A program made the position numbers and the translations under genes. From a virus (taxonomy: Duplodnaviria; Caudoviricetes), in IMG/VR virus record IMGVR_UViG_3300022876_000172, positions 1 to 56,684 of that record: DNA of 56,684 bases. One strand, 5' to 3'. Positions 36,796-45,735 of this stretch are shown here, piece after piece. Within the stretch, counting starts at the first letter, position 1; each line of letters begins with the position of its first letter. The notes beneath the pieces were generated by a model. The model made no database searches. It saw only the letters and a program-made list of their open reading frames with translations, and was not told the origin of the DNA.

Positions 36796-37520
36796 TGGGC
36801 GCTTCCCTGCTCAATCCACGACGTGTCACTGTCGTCGAGCTGCAGGCCGCCAGGTCCCGCCCTCAGAGGGACGACCTTCGCCGCATTCGCAAGGTCGCGC
36901 TTTCTCCAGCCGACCAAGTCGGCGATCCACTGGCTCTCGGTTTTGGCCAGCCCCTTCGCGTCGTGATGGACGACAAAGCCCGAAATGGCCTTTTCCGAGA
37001 ATTCCTCGATGGCTACCCCTGAGCGCTTGGCGTAAGCCTCAAGCTGAGCCTGGTCAGGGATCCAATCCAGGAACATCGCGAACGGCTCACGCGGAGAGTG
37101 TGTATTACTTCCCTTCCCTTCCCTTCCGGGGGTGAGGCCTCGATCACCGCTAGACGAGCCTTCACCGACTTCTCGGCGAGCACTCGGCGAAGGTTCAACG
37201 AATTCAGGGTGCTTTACAGTGGGTCTATCGATCTTCTGGTGGTGCCATCCGTTGACGTGCAGGTACTGCTTCGATGCCGCCTCGTAGATGGTGATTAGTC
37301 GGTTCGATACCAGCTCAGCGAGCAGCCCTTCCACCGCTAACGCAGTGATGTCGTCTCCCGGGAAAACGAGCGCCTTGATAGTCTTGGGGGACATCGGATG
37401 GTTGCCTGCGTCGTCGCAGAAGTTCCAGATCCCGATGAACAGGAGTCGAGCCATCGCCGAGCACTCCATGACCTGCTCACTGGTCCAGAACTCAGGCTTT
37501 ATGGTGCGGATACGTGCCAT
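36792..37520 (-). CDS. Replication initiator (O-like, DnaT-like C-terminus)
   Basis: MARIRTIKPEFW, RLLFIGIWNFCDDAG, W..HQKIDRP. Confidence 0.88.
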   Translation of the reverse strand: MARIRTIKPEFWTSEQVMECSAMARLLFIGIWNFCDDAGNHPMSPKTIKALVFPGDDITALAVEGLLAELVSNRLITIYEAASKQYLHVNGWHHQKIDRPTVKHPEFVEPSPSARREVGEGSSSGDRGLTPGREGKGSNTHSPREPFAMFLDWIPDQAQLEAYAKRSGVAIEEFSEKAISGFVVHHDAKGLAKTESQWIADLVGWRKRDLANAAKVVPLRAGPGGLQLDDSDTSWIEQGSAQ

Positions 37521-37762
37521 TACGAACGCCCTCCATGACTGACAGCCTGACGCGTCAGATTTGGCGAAATGCCAAAAAGTGACGTGGAATGCGTGGTATT
37601 GCCTGCATCGGCCATGCGGTGCATAATCGACCTCGATTAACTGCTGTTGAAGAAGCCGGGCTGCCACCCGGTTTTTTTATGCCTGCGATTCAGGTACTGG
37701 ATGGATCAGCAGGTGTTTCGGCCATCTACTGGCTCAGTGCCAGATCAGTAATGATTCAAATG

Positions 37763-37987
37763 TCAGGCTGCTTCTGGGTCGCGAGCCGTTGGCGGGAAGA
37801 CATCGTCAAGGCTGCACTCGGCGCCTAGCCCGTTCAGCGCAGCGACAATCCTCCGGGCCGCATCCAGGCCGACACACCGGCGCCCGGCCTCGTAGTTGGC
37901 CAGGCGCGACTGGTTCCAGCGGAGCTCCCGGCATAGACGGGCTTGGCTAATCCCCGCAGCTACCCGGATCTTGCGAACGTTGTTCAT
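37763..37987 (-). CDS. cro: Cro-like HTH regulator
   Basis: XRE HTH (QSRLANYEAGRR) divergent from the repressor. Confidence 0.85.
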   Translation of the reverse strand: MNNVRKIRVAAGISQARLCRELRWNQSRLANYEAGRRCVGLDAARRIVAALNGLGAECSLDDVFPPTARDPEAA

Positions 37988-38013
37988 TCGGGGTTCCTCA
38001 ATGACTAGCACTC

Positions 38014-38056
38014 AGGATAAACACGCATCGTGTTAATATCAATCACAATAAGTGAA
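38014..38056 (-). promoter_or_regulatory. PR promoter and OR operators
   Basis: TTGATA-17bp-TATCCT on the minus strand; palindromes AACACGCATCGTGTT (38020) and ATCACAATAAGTGAA (38042). Confidence 0.75.
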
Positions 38057-38091
38057 AGCCGTGTATTTCATTTCGTGATGAAATCCCGCGC

Positions 38092-38898
38092 ATGAATGAA
38101 TCACTGAGCCAGCGCATTAAGCGCTTGAGAAAAGCGACGGGAATGTCCCAGGCCCAGCTGGCAGATGCTTGCGGCTGGAAATCGCAGTCACGCGTCGGAA
38201 ACTATGAAGCCGGTACGCGAGAGCCAACGCTGGCGGATATTGCCGCTATGGCAGCGGCCCTTGGAGTCGACCAATCCGAGCTACTCCTGAGCTCTGCGGC
38301 AGTGACCGAGGTTTCGGCGCCAGTCCGGAGTACGACTGATCTTGTCAGGCAGATGCTCGCAAAGAGCGGCAAAGGCATTCCGGAAGAGGCCCGTCAGCGC
38401 CTCCTTGCTGCGGCTGAGGAGCCGAGCGCCAGCAGTGTCGTCGCGGCTGGCTTCGTTCGGCCAGGCCTCGTGGGCGATGAGGTGTGGATTGCTCACTACG
38501 ACGTGCGCGGAGCAATGGGCGATGGTGAAGTAGCGCACGACTTCCCTGAAATGCTGCAGGACATCCGGGTCAGCCCTACTCACCTGCGAGAGATGGGGGT
38601 CGAGTTCAAAGAGCATTTCCATCTGAAGCTCATAACAGGTGTCGGTCAGTCCATGGCACCGACCATCAAGAGCCGCGACCCGTTGGTCGTTGACATCAGC
38701 ATCCGTGAATTCGTTGGCGACGGGATCTACTACTTCTCCCACCAGGGTCATCAGTACATCAAGCGCCTGCAGAAGAAGGGTCGAGAGCATTTCAAGATGA
38801 TCTCGGACAACACCAATCATCCGCCTGAAGACATCCGGGTTGACGAGACTTACATCCAGGCGCGGGTGTTATTGGTGTGGAATGCCCATTTAGTCTAA
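38092..38898 (+). CDS. cI: CI-like repressor, XRE HTH plus S24 peptidase
   Basis: HTH QSRVGNYEAG.REP; GQSMAPTI and IKRLQ catalytic Ser/Lys; no RBS, possibly leaderless. Confidence 0.93.
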   Translation: MNESLSQRIKRLRKATGMSQAQLADACGWKSQSRVGNYEAGTREPTLADIAAMAAALGVDQSELLLSSAAVTEVSAPVRSTTDLVRQMLAKSGKGIPEEARQRLLAAAEEPSASSVVAAGFVRPGLVGDEVWIAHYDVRGAMGDGEVAHDFPEMLQDIRVSPTHLREMGVEFKEHFHLKLITGVGQSMAPTIKSRDPLVVDISIREFVGDGIYYFSHQGHQYIKRLQKKGREHFKMISDNTNHPPEDIRVDETYIQARVLLVWNAHLV

Positions 38899-38948
38899 GT
38901 ATTGCTGCGCCCTGTCTTTATCTTACATGATGCGCCTGAGGCATCACT

Positions 38949-39332
38949 ATGGCATCATCGCGCCTGCGTTTGCCTCCCCTCGGAATCAAGGACTTTGTTT
39001 TGAGCGACAACGACGAAGATGTTGGCAGCCTGCCACAAGACGCAGAGCCTGGCAGCGAGAGGCACCGGGTACTGACCACGGATGGATTTGAGCTCTCGGA
39101 GCTGCTCAATGAAATCGCCCCCGACAGCAAGTGCAGCTTTTGTCATCAGGGGGAGTACTCGATAGTGCCAGCGCCAAGTGACGACAATCTCTGCGGCGTA
39201 GTCGCAGCCTCGGTGCCTAACATGCAGAAAATCGGGGTGTGGTTCTACGTGGCCACGTGCATGACATGCGGGCATGCAGCGCTTTTTAACGCCCACTTCC
39301 TGCGAAATCTGATGGATAAGCGCAAAAAATGA
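38949..39332 (+). CDS. Zn-ribbon hypothetical protein downstream of cI
   Basis: CSFC and CMTCGH pairs. Confidence 0.7.
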   Translation: MASSRLRLPPLGIKDFVLSDNDEDVGSLPQDAEPGSERHRVLTTDGFELSELLNEIAPDSKCSFCHQGEYSIVPAPSDDNLCGVVAASVPNMQKIGVWFYVATCMTCGHAALFNAHFLRNLMDKRKK

Positions 39333-39883
39333 ACGTAGCGATGACTTCGCGCTCCGTTTATGAGGTACTGGAAGAGGCTCCGCAACTGGTACGACAGGTT
39401 GCCACACGCTGCGGCGCCTTTTTTGTGACAGAAAATTTTGATACGTCTGTGAATGCCCCCATTTCGGATGAAGCGATTCGCATCAAAATTGGGGTGTATA
39501 CTGATGCTCAAAGCGAGGAAGCATTAAGTCTCATGGCCGCGTTCCGCAAAGACCTATTCGTTACGGTAACCCTCCCTCTCCTCGGGATGGGAGCAGCGGT
39601 GCTCGCCGTGGTTGGCGCATCTTTTGCCTACACATGGTCGAGCTACACTAGGCTTGATGATGCTGTTGGCCCACTGGAAAGCACAACTGCTGCGCTAACC
39701 GAAAACACCAAGCAAACCAAAGCCTTGATTGATGAGATTCGATCAATGCAAAGGCAAGCTAAAGAAGACCGTGAAGCTGACCGTCAACAGACCAAAGTTG
39801 ACATGGAAAAAATGAGCGATCTTCTCCAAGAGCTGCGAGCAGGGCAAGCTGCTACGAACGAAGCACTGAAGCATCTTCGCTGA
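39329..39883 (+). CDS. TM plus coiled-coil protein downstream of cI
   Basis: ATGA overlap with the previous gene; one TM helix then coiled coil; start uncertain. Confidence 0.7.
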   Translation: MNVAMTSRSVYEVLEEAPQLVRQVATRCGAFFVTENFDTSVNAPISDEAIRIKIGVYTDAQSEEALSLMAAFRKDLFVTVTLPLLGMGAAVLAVVGASFAYTWSSYTRLDDAVGPLESTTAALTENTKQTKALIDEIRSMQRQAKEDREADRQQTKVDMEKMSDLLQELRAGQAATNEALKHLR

Positions 39884-39886
39884 TCC

Positions 39887-39914
39887 TAAAAGGCCCGCTA
39901 GTGCGGGCTTTTTC
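39887..39914. terminator. Bidirectional terminator
   Basis: AAAAGGCCCGC-TAGT-GCGGGCTTTTT between convergent genes. Confidence 0.8.
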
Positions 39915-39921
39915 TTACCCG

Positions 39922-40248
39922 TCAGAAAGGCGCCTCCTCCTCCAGCTTTTCCTCCTCCCAATCACTCTCCACGACCAGGTCGTCACGATCCTCGGCGCTC
40001 GGCGCCTCCCACCTCACCGTCACGCTTTCGTCGTCGTTGAACGTCAGGTCCAATTCCTGCGTTTCGGACAGCAGCCCCATCACCTCCTCCCACTCCATGT
40101 CTCCATCCGTGTCCAGGCGATGGATCGTCACCCAGCGCTGAGACTGTGCAATGGGGTGATTGATCATCGACGAAACCCGCAGCCCGAGCCGCTCTACCCC
40201 GGTCATCTCTTGGCGTCCTTGTGGTGCCGTCTTCTTCTGCTTGGACAT
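39922..40248 (-). CDS. DUF1654-like protein
   Basis: ERLGLRVSSMINHP.AQ.QRWVTIHRLDTD motif; acidic tail. Confidence 0.8.
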   Translation of the reverse strand: MSKQKKTAPQGRQEMTGVERLGLRVSSMINHPIAQSQRWVTIHRLDTDGDMEWEEVMGLLSETQELDLTFNDDESVTVRWEAPSAEDRDDLVVESDWEEEKLEEEAPF

Positions 40249-40263
40249 AAGCCATCTCCTTTA

Positions 40264-40279
40264 CTGTATATCCATCCAG
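40264..40279. promoter_or_regulatory. LexA (SOS) box
   Basis: CTGTATATCCATCCAG just upstream of the RBS of 39922-40248. Confidence 0.75.
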
Positions 40280-40297
40280 CTATTGCAATGAGCATAC

Positions 40298-40406
40298 ATC
40301 ACGCCTCGTGAAACGTGAACTCGCCTCGCAGGGAAAATCCTCAACACACCATCAGGCAAAATAAATCACACATTGTGTTGACTTAGAAAACACGATGCGT
40401 GATATT
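40298..40406 (+). promoter_or_regulatory. PL promoter and OL operators
   Basis: TTGACT-17bp-GATATT; CAC-N5-GTG palindromes at 40298, 40365 and 40389 matching the OR sites. Confidence 0.8.
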
Positions 40407-40458
40407 TACACCAACACGCAGTCACTCACCAGGGACTGCCGAGGCTCTCACCGGCCAC

Positions 40459-40467
40459 CGCTCTTTA
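40459..40467 (+). promoter_or_regulatory. boxA antitermination element
   Basis: CGCTCTTTA about 50 nt downstream of PL. Confidence 0.65.
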
Positions 40468-40721
40468 TACAACCAGACGTGACCACCTCGACGCACCCAG
40501 GCCATTACCTGGGTCGGGACAAGCTAAGTCGTCGACCACGCAGCCTCTGGATAGCTGCCGTGCTTCCACATGCAAGCACGCGAAACCACTCACACAAACT
40601 GGCAATGCATCGAACATGAAATGTGCGGCGCCGGTGAGAGACGACTCGGTAGCGGTGAGTGGTGGAGAGAACAGATTTCACTGGCTGGCCTTGGCGACAG
40701 GGCCAGACAGGAAATCACCAA

Positions 40722-41075
40722 TCAAACAGCCGAGATCATTGCCGATACCATCGGCCAACCTCGCAAACATCCGAGTGCAGCAACTGCGACTGATAGGACG
40801 AACAGGATCAAACCTGGGGCATTGAGGCGTCGCGGTCTGCCCGACAGCTTCCCCCACCCCGGGCCGGCGAAGTCCTCTACCAAGATTTCTCGGTATGGCC
40901 GACATGCCATTTCACCGATACCCCACAGCAATCCAGACAGAGAGAAAAAGCCTACTAGAACGTTGTCGACCCTCAGCTCTACTGTCAGTGACACCACGAA
41001 AATCACGAAACAAAGAATCGCCATGATTTTGAACCACTCGTCTGCGACGAATTTTGCAACCACGGAAACTGCCAA
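40722..41075 (-). CDS. Three-TM accessory membrane protein (antisense to PL)
   Basis: Hydrophobic 117-aa ORF with GGAGG RBS. Confidence 0.75.
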   Translation of the reverse strand: MAVSVVAKFVADEWFKIMAILCFVIFVVSLTVELRVDNVLVGFFSLSGLLWGIGEMACRPYREILVEDFAGPGWGKLSGRPRRLNAPGLILFVLSVAVAALGCLRGWPMVSAMISAV

Positions 41076-41323
41076 GGTTGCGCCCTCCTTTGCTGGCTGT
41101 GTTGTGTGAGAGCGCTCAGCCTAGCGCAAAGCCCGTCACCTGGGCAGTGGTGAGCTGGCCGCCGGCCACTAGACAACCAGTAGCACGTCAGCCTGACGAT
41201 AACTGCCCGATCCACCTGGTTCCCCATCATCAGGCTGCATCGGTCGTGACGTTCGCCCTCCCCTGGTCCGGGAGGTACACGGCAGCGAGCGTCACGACCA
41301 ATGCAGCCCACCGAGGACACTTC

Positions 41324-41707
41324 ATGGAAACGATCACTTGCGGGTCATGGATTGGCCAGCTCGGCAAGGCGCTGGCTCCCCGTGAGCTCGAAGCATTGCT
41401 GTGGGTGGCCCAAGGCCTCACCACCAAAGAAATCGCCCGCCAGATGGCGGTCAGCCCAGGCACCGTGGCCAACCGAATCGAGGCCGCGCTGTTCAAGCTG
41501 GAGGCCGGCCGCCGCATCGAAGCAGTCACCAAGGCCATGCGCCAACAGATCATCAGCCCGATCTGCATCGCCCTGGCCGCGCTCATCACCATGCACGCGG
41601 TGATCGACGAGAGCGACCCCATGCGCCGCGACCGTCGCGCGCCGGAGCGCCGCACCGCCCAAGTTCGAATCGTTCGCAAGGCCGAGGCCTTCGAGTACCA
41701 CGCCTGA
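41324..41707 (+). CDS. LuxR-type HTH protein
   Basis: LAPRELEALLWVAQGLTTKEIARQMAVSPGTV. Confidence 0.88.
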   Translation: METITCGSWIGQLGKALAPRELEALLWVAQGLTTKEIARQMAVSPGTVANRIEAALFKLEAGRRIEAVTKAMRQQIISPICIALAALITMHAVIDESDPMRRDRRAPERRTAQVRIVRKAEAFEYHA

Positions 41708-41726
41708 CCCTACCGAGGATCACCCC

Positions 41727-41996
41727 ATGCAGACAGCAATGCACCCTGCTTTCGAGCAGAAGCTTGCCGTGCTCGCGGCCTTGCTCGAGCGCAGTAAGTC
41801 AGTGAGGGCCGAGGCGCACGCCAAGGTCAACCAGCCCGCACCGCGGTACCAGGCATCGGGCAAGGACGGAAAATGGGATGTGGTGGAGATCTCCACTGGC
41901 GCCGTTCAGGGCTACGCCTTCACCTATCGGGCCGTCATGCGCTTTGTTAACGCGATGGAGGCAGGTGCGGCGAGCAAGGGAGGCGGACTTCAATGA
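41727..41996 (+). CDS. Hypothetical phage protein
   Basis: GAGGA RBS; operonic. Confidence 0.75.
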   Translation: MQTAMHPAFEQKLAVLAALLERSKSVRAEAHAKVNQPAPRYQASGKDGKWDVVEISTGAVQGYAFTYRAVMRFVNAMEAGAASKGGGLQ

Positions 41997-42538
41997 TCGA
42001 CAGCCCAAATCAAGACCAGCGCAGTGCCGTGCTAGCCCAGCTCAATGCGAGCATCGACAGCTTCTTTCTCGACGGCGGCCAGGTGCAAAGCCTGCCGACC
42101 AAAGGCTATGTGCCGCGTCGCGCGCACCGTGATCTTGAGCCGGCACGAGCGCAAGCCGCTCCGCTGAATGCCCGCACTGAAAGACGCCAGATGCGCATTG
42201 AAGAGGTGCGTGAGCTGGCGAAGCTCATGACTTATGCCGAAGCCGCTGCATACACCGGCCTGTCATTGAGCTGCCTGAGCCGTTACGCCTTGGACGGCCA
42301 ATTCAAATTCAAGCGAGATCCAAGGCGCGGCAAGGGCAACCTGGGCAAGAAGCTCAGCGACCCGGCGGCCGACAGGGACAAAGCGGATCAGATCATCGCC
42401 TACCGCAACCTCTGCATGACCAGATATCAGGTGGTTCGGCTGATGAAGATCTCCGACAAGCAGCTAAAGCGTCTGCTGCGGGAGTTCGAGATCAACTTCC
42501 CGACCACCGCCGAAAAGCGAGAAGCCAACACAGCATGA
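41993..42538 (+). CDS. Hypothetical phage protein, possible HTH
   Basis: ATGA-coupled; MTYAEAAAYTGLS HTH-like segment. Confidence 0.75.
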   Translation: MIDSPNQDQRSAVLAQLNASIDSFFLDGGQVQSLPTKGYVPRRAHRDLEPARAQAAPLNARTERRQMRIEEVRELAKLMTYAEAAAYTGLSLSCLSRYALDGQFKFKRDPRRGKGNLGKKLSDPAADRDKADQIIAYRNLCMTRYQVVRLMKISDKQLKRLLREFEINFPTTAEKREANTA

Positions 42539-42626
42539 AACGCATCAACGCGCGCGTCCGGCACGGCCGGCGCCAGCAGCACATCAATCTGCCGCCCAGC
42601 GGCATCGTCCATCAGGAGACGCAGCA

Positions 42627-42974
42627 ATGTCCAAGCCCACTGACACAACCGAATTCCTGCAGGAGCTCAACGGCGGCGCCTTCGCCAGCCAGATTGGCCA
42701 CGCCCTGTCGGAAGTAGCCGCGGGCGTCGTCGACCATGGCAAGGCTGGCAAGATCACCATCACCTTGGACTTCAGCCAAATCGGCGACTCCCACCAGGTA
42801 AAGATCAAGCACAAGCTCGACTACAAAGTGCCGACCAAGCGCGGCACACGCAGCGAAAACACCAGCCTCGATACGCCGATGTACGTCGGTACCGGCGGCA
42901 ACATCTCTCTGTTCCCGGAAAAGCACGACCAGCTCTTCACTCGTGACGAAGCACCTGTACACCCACGCTCGTAA
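42627..42974 (+). CDS. Conserved phage protein (partner of DUF2303)
   Basis: AGGAG RBS; FL.ELNGGAF...PTKRG motif. Confidence 0.8.
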   Translation: MSKPTDTTEFLQELNGGAFASQIGHALSEVAAGVVDHGKAGKITITLDFSQIGDSHQVKIKHKLDYKVPTKRGTRSENTSLDTPMYVGTGGNISLFPEKHDQLFTRDEAPVHPRS

Positions 42975-43000
42975 CTCTCAGCACCTACAAGGAAAAGCGC

Positions 43001-43816
43001 ATGTCCCTCAGCAAAGAAGCTCTCGAACTGATCCAAGAAAACGCCGTCGCTGCAGCTGGCATCACGCTGCCAGCCCTCGGAGAGGTTGCCGTCGTCCCGC
43101 AGAACTTCAACGTGGTTGACCTGGAGCGCTTCCAGGCGGGCCGAAATCGCTTCCGTGGCACCTACGCCACCCATTCGCTGGCTGACTACAGCGCCTACGT
43201 TGTCGAGCGCTCGGCGCCAGCGGCGCGCGGCTTCATCGATCAAGACAACATGAGCTGCATCGTGCTGTTCAACATCGGTACTGCCGACGAGCCAGGCCAT
43301 GCCGATGATCGCGCCGTGCTGCGCCTCAAAGCTTCCGCTGCTTTCGCCGCCGTTCAGGCGGTGTGCGGCCAGAGCCTGGTGCAAAAGTCCATGAGCGACT
43401 GGATCGAAGACTGGAACCAGCACCTGTCCGCTACCGATGAGAATGGCCAGAGCATGAGCATCGCCAAAGCGATCGCCGCGGTTCGAACCATCACCGTGAA
43501 GGCCTCGTCGGAGAGCGATCACGCAGTCGGTGAAACTCGCGCCAGCCGCAGCACCATGGACCAGATCGAGGCCAGCAGCAAAGAAACCCTGCCGGCCTGG
43601 CTGGACTTCAAGGTCATCCCGTTCGAAGGGCTGGGCGAGCAAGTGATCCGCCTGCGCGTGTCGGTCATCACCGGCGGCTCGCAACCGGTGCTGAAGCTGC
43701 GCTGGATCGGCGAAGAAGCGCAGCGCGAGGCCATTGCGCAGGAGTTCAAAGCCGTTCTCGACACCAAGGTAGGCACCGCCGCGAAGCTGTCCCTAGGCAC
43801 CTTCGACGCGAAGTGA
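43001..43816 (+). CDS. DUF2303/YfdQ family protein
   Basis: R.RFRG, FN.GT...PGHAD, W.EDW, P.EGL motifs. Confidence 0.85.
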   Translation: MSLSKEALELIQENAVAAAGITLPALGEVAVVPQNFNVVDLERFQAGRNRFRGTYATHSLADYSAYVVERSAPAARGFIDQDNMSCIVLFNIGTADEPGHADDRAVLRLKASAAFAAVQAVCGQSLVQKSMSDWIEDWNQHLSATDENGQSMSIAKAIAAVRTITVKASSESDHAVGETRASRSTMDQIEASSKETLPAWLDFKVIPFEGLGEQVIRLRVSVITGGSQPVLKLRWIGEEAQREAIAQEFKAVLDTKVGTAAKLSLGTFDAK

Positions 43817-43921
43817 ACAAGCTCAGCGCCGCAGACCGCGAAATGTGATCAGTGGCGCTGGAGTTCAGCCAAAGGAGCATGCTGATGATTCCGCAGGATC
43901 CAGGGGACAGCTGATTTAACC

Positions 43922-44293
43922 TTATTTCGGGTAAGGAACCCACAAGGTGCAGGCTGACGCCGATTGTGCAATCAGCCAATCATGCTTGCGGGCATCGAAT
44001 GGTCTCTGCATGCCCTCGGCGACTTTTAGTGCAACCGTGTAAGCCCCTAGTACCTCCCCCTCGTAGGGCATTGTCTCTCCGAGAGCTGGGTTTGCCTTTA
44101 GCGCCTTGAATGCCTCAAGTAGGAGATCTGGCTGCTTGCTGGCATCAGCATTCCTTTCAATCACAGAAACTGCGAGAAAGGCCGCGTTTGAGCAGCGATC
44201 AATCTTTTCTCGCTGCGCTTTGTTGCTTTCAGTTGCACTCACCGAAGTGACGAATGTCAGTGCAATCCATGCAGCAGCTATCGCGTAGCGCAT
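43922..44293 (-). CDS. Secreted/periplasmic accessory protein
   Basis: Signal peptide MRYAIAAAWIALTFVTSVSA; two Cys. Confidence 0.75.
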   Translation of the reverse strand: MRYAIAAAWIALTFVTSVSATESNKAQREKIDRCSNAAFLAVSVIERNADASKQPDLLLEAFKALKANPALGETMPYEGEVLGAYTVALKVAEGMQRPFDARKHDWLIAQSASACTLWVPYPK

Positions 44294-44398
44294 TGAACAG
44301 GCCTCAAATGAAATTGAGGCGAATGAAACATCATTCCCAATCAAATTGCCACCATGACAATGCCCGCATGAGGGTGCCTGTGTACCCGCTGTTGGGTG

Positions 44399-44497
44399 TC
44401 ATGGTTTAAACCGCAGGTAGAGCATGGCAGCTACCAGATCAACTGCCGCCACGACTGCGATTACGAAAAACATGAACCAGTGGTCTTCCGGGAGCAT
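44399..44497 (-). CDS. 32-aa single-TM peptide
   Basis: Reads MLPEDHWFMFFVIAVVAAVDLVAAMLYLRFKP*; below the ORF-track size cut-off. Confidence 0.45.
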   Translation of the reverse strand: MLPEDHWFMFFVIAVVAAVDLVAAMLYLRFKP

Positions 44498-44602
44498 GTC
44501 GTGATACCCGTTCGATGTGCTTCGTCCACTCCGAGCAATTCCTATTCCAACTCACCCATGCCGCATCCGGCCACGGAGGGCGGCGCATGCATGGAGAAAG
44601 CC

Positions 44603-45148
44603 ATGAGCTACTTCTACAAGACCAAATCCCCGAAAGTCCTGGCCGCCGTACGCGCCTGGGACGCCAAGAAGGGCGACTGGACTACTCAGCGCGAGAAGCT
44701 GGGCCAGATCTTCGGCGGCGCCGCCTCGCCGATGTTCAGCAGCACGCGCAGCTACGTTGGCGGCATCAAGCTCAGCGCCAGCACCTCGCTGGACGTTCAT
44801 TGGTGCCGACCAGATCAGTATGGCTACCGCGCGCTACGAACCTCTGCGAAGCACGCCGAGGGCACCGACAAGGAAGTGCGCGCCAGCGAGAAGGCTGAGC
44901 ACCAACGATTACTCGACCTCTGGAAAGAGCACTGCCCGCCGAGCATAGATCAGGACGAGATGTGGACCGCGATCGGAGTGAACACCGGCGGTATCTGGCT
45001 CGCCGGCGGCGTGTGTTTCGAACATGACGGAGCTACCTACCTGAACCTTGGATGTGCCGAAACCGAGGTTGACGGCTTGGTCGAGATCGTCAGCAGCGAG
45101 TACGAGGCCGCTCGCCAACGTGTACTCAACCAGCGCAAAACCGCCTGA
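44603..45148 (+). CDS. Hypothetical phage protein
   Basis: GGAG RBS before MSYFYKT; phage-like codon usage. Confidence 0.78.
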   Translation: MSYFYKTKSPKVLAAVRAWDAKKGDWTTQREKLGQIFGGAASPMFSSTRSYVGGIKLSASTSLDVHWCRPDQYGYRALRTSAKHAEGTDKEVRASEKAEHQRLLDLWKEHCPPSIDQDEMWTAIGVNTGGIWLAGGVCFEHDGATYLNLGCAETEVDGLVEIVSSEYEAARQRVLNQRKTA

Positions 45149-45224
45149 ACCTCCTGCGCTGCCCGCCAGCGCCTTCCCCTACTCAACAATCAGCTAAAGC
45201 GAAACAGCTAAAACTCCGCTTGGC

Positions 45225-45671
45225 CTACTTTGAAGCATTCAGCTTGTCAGCCGCATCGACGTTTTTCTTTACACCCGTGGCCATCATTAGGGTAGCCATT
45301 GACATTGCAAGACAGAATATAGCGCCAGCTCCAATCCCGATGGATATCAAATTCGTGAAGGTTTTTTCTGTCACAACGGTCAAATACATTCCAATGAACG
45401 CTAAAACTTGAAAACTGACAGCTCTAATCAGCGAATGAGTTACAACGCCCATCGCCTTAAGCCGCGCATATTCACTTGCAGCCAATTCTTCGACCTTCTT
45501 CAGCTGTGCGTTTTTCCTCTTATCGGAAGATCGCCGCCATTTTTCTGAAACCTTGCTCATACCGCTATCCAGCCACCCTTTGGCATACGCGGAAAAGAAG
45601 TTAATCAGGATCCCAACTACCACTACCGAGACCCACCACACCGGGTCTCCGAAAAACGACATTTCGCCCAT
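45225..45671 (-). CDS. Three-TM accessory membrane protein
   Basis: DPVWWVSVVVVGILINFFS and two C-terminal TMs; AT-richer. Confidence 0.75.
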   Translation of the reverse strand: MGEMSFFGDPVWWVSVVVVGILINFFSAYAKGWLDSGMSKVSEKWRRSSDKRKNAQLKKVEELAASEYARLKAMGVVTHSLIRAVSFQVLAFIGMYLTVVTEKTFTNLISIGIGAGAIFCLAMSMATLMMATGVKKNVDAADKLNASK

Positions 45672-45735
45672 TTGCAGGTCCATCAGCTGAAAAATGGACC
45701 GCACGATATCAAACAACCCCTCGAAGAGGAATTCC

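Noticed and set aside
40407-41323. tRNA or known riboswitch in the structured leader
   Set aside because: No cloverleaf with T-loop/CCA or recognisable aptamer consensus seen by eye; an Rfam search is needed
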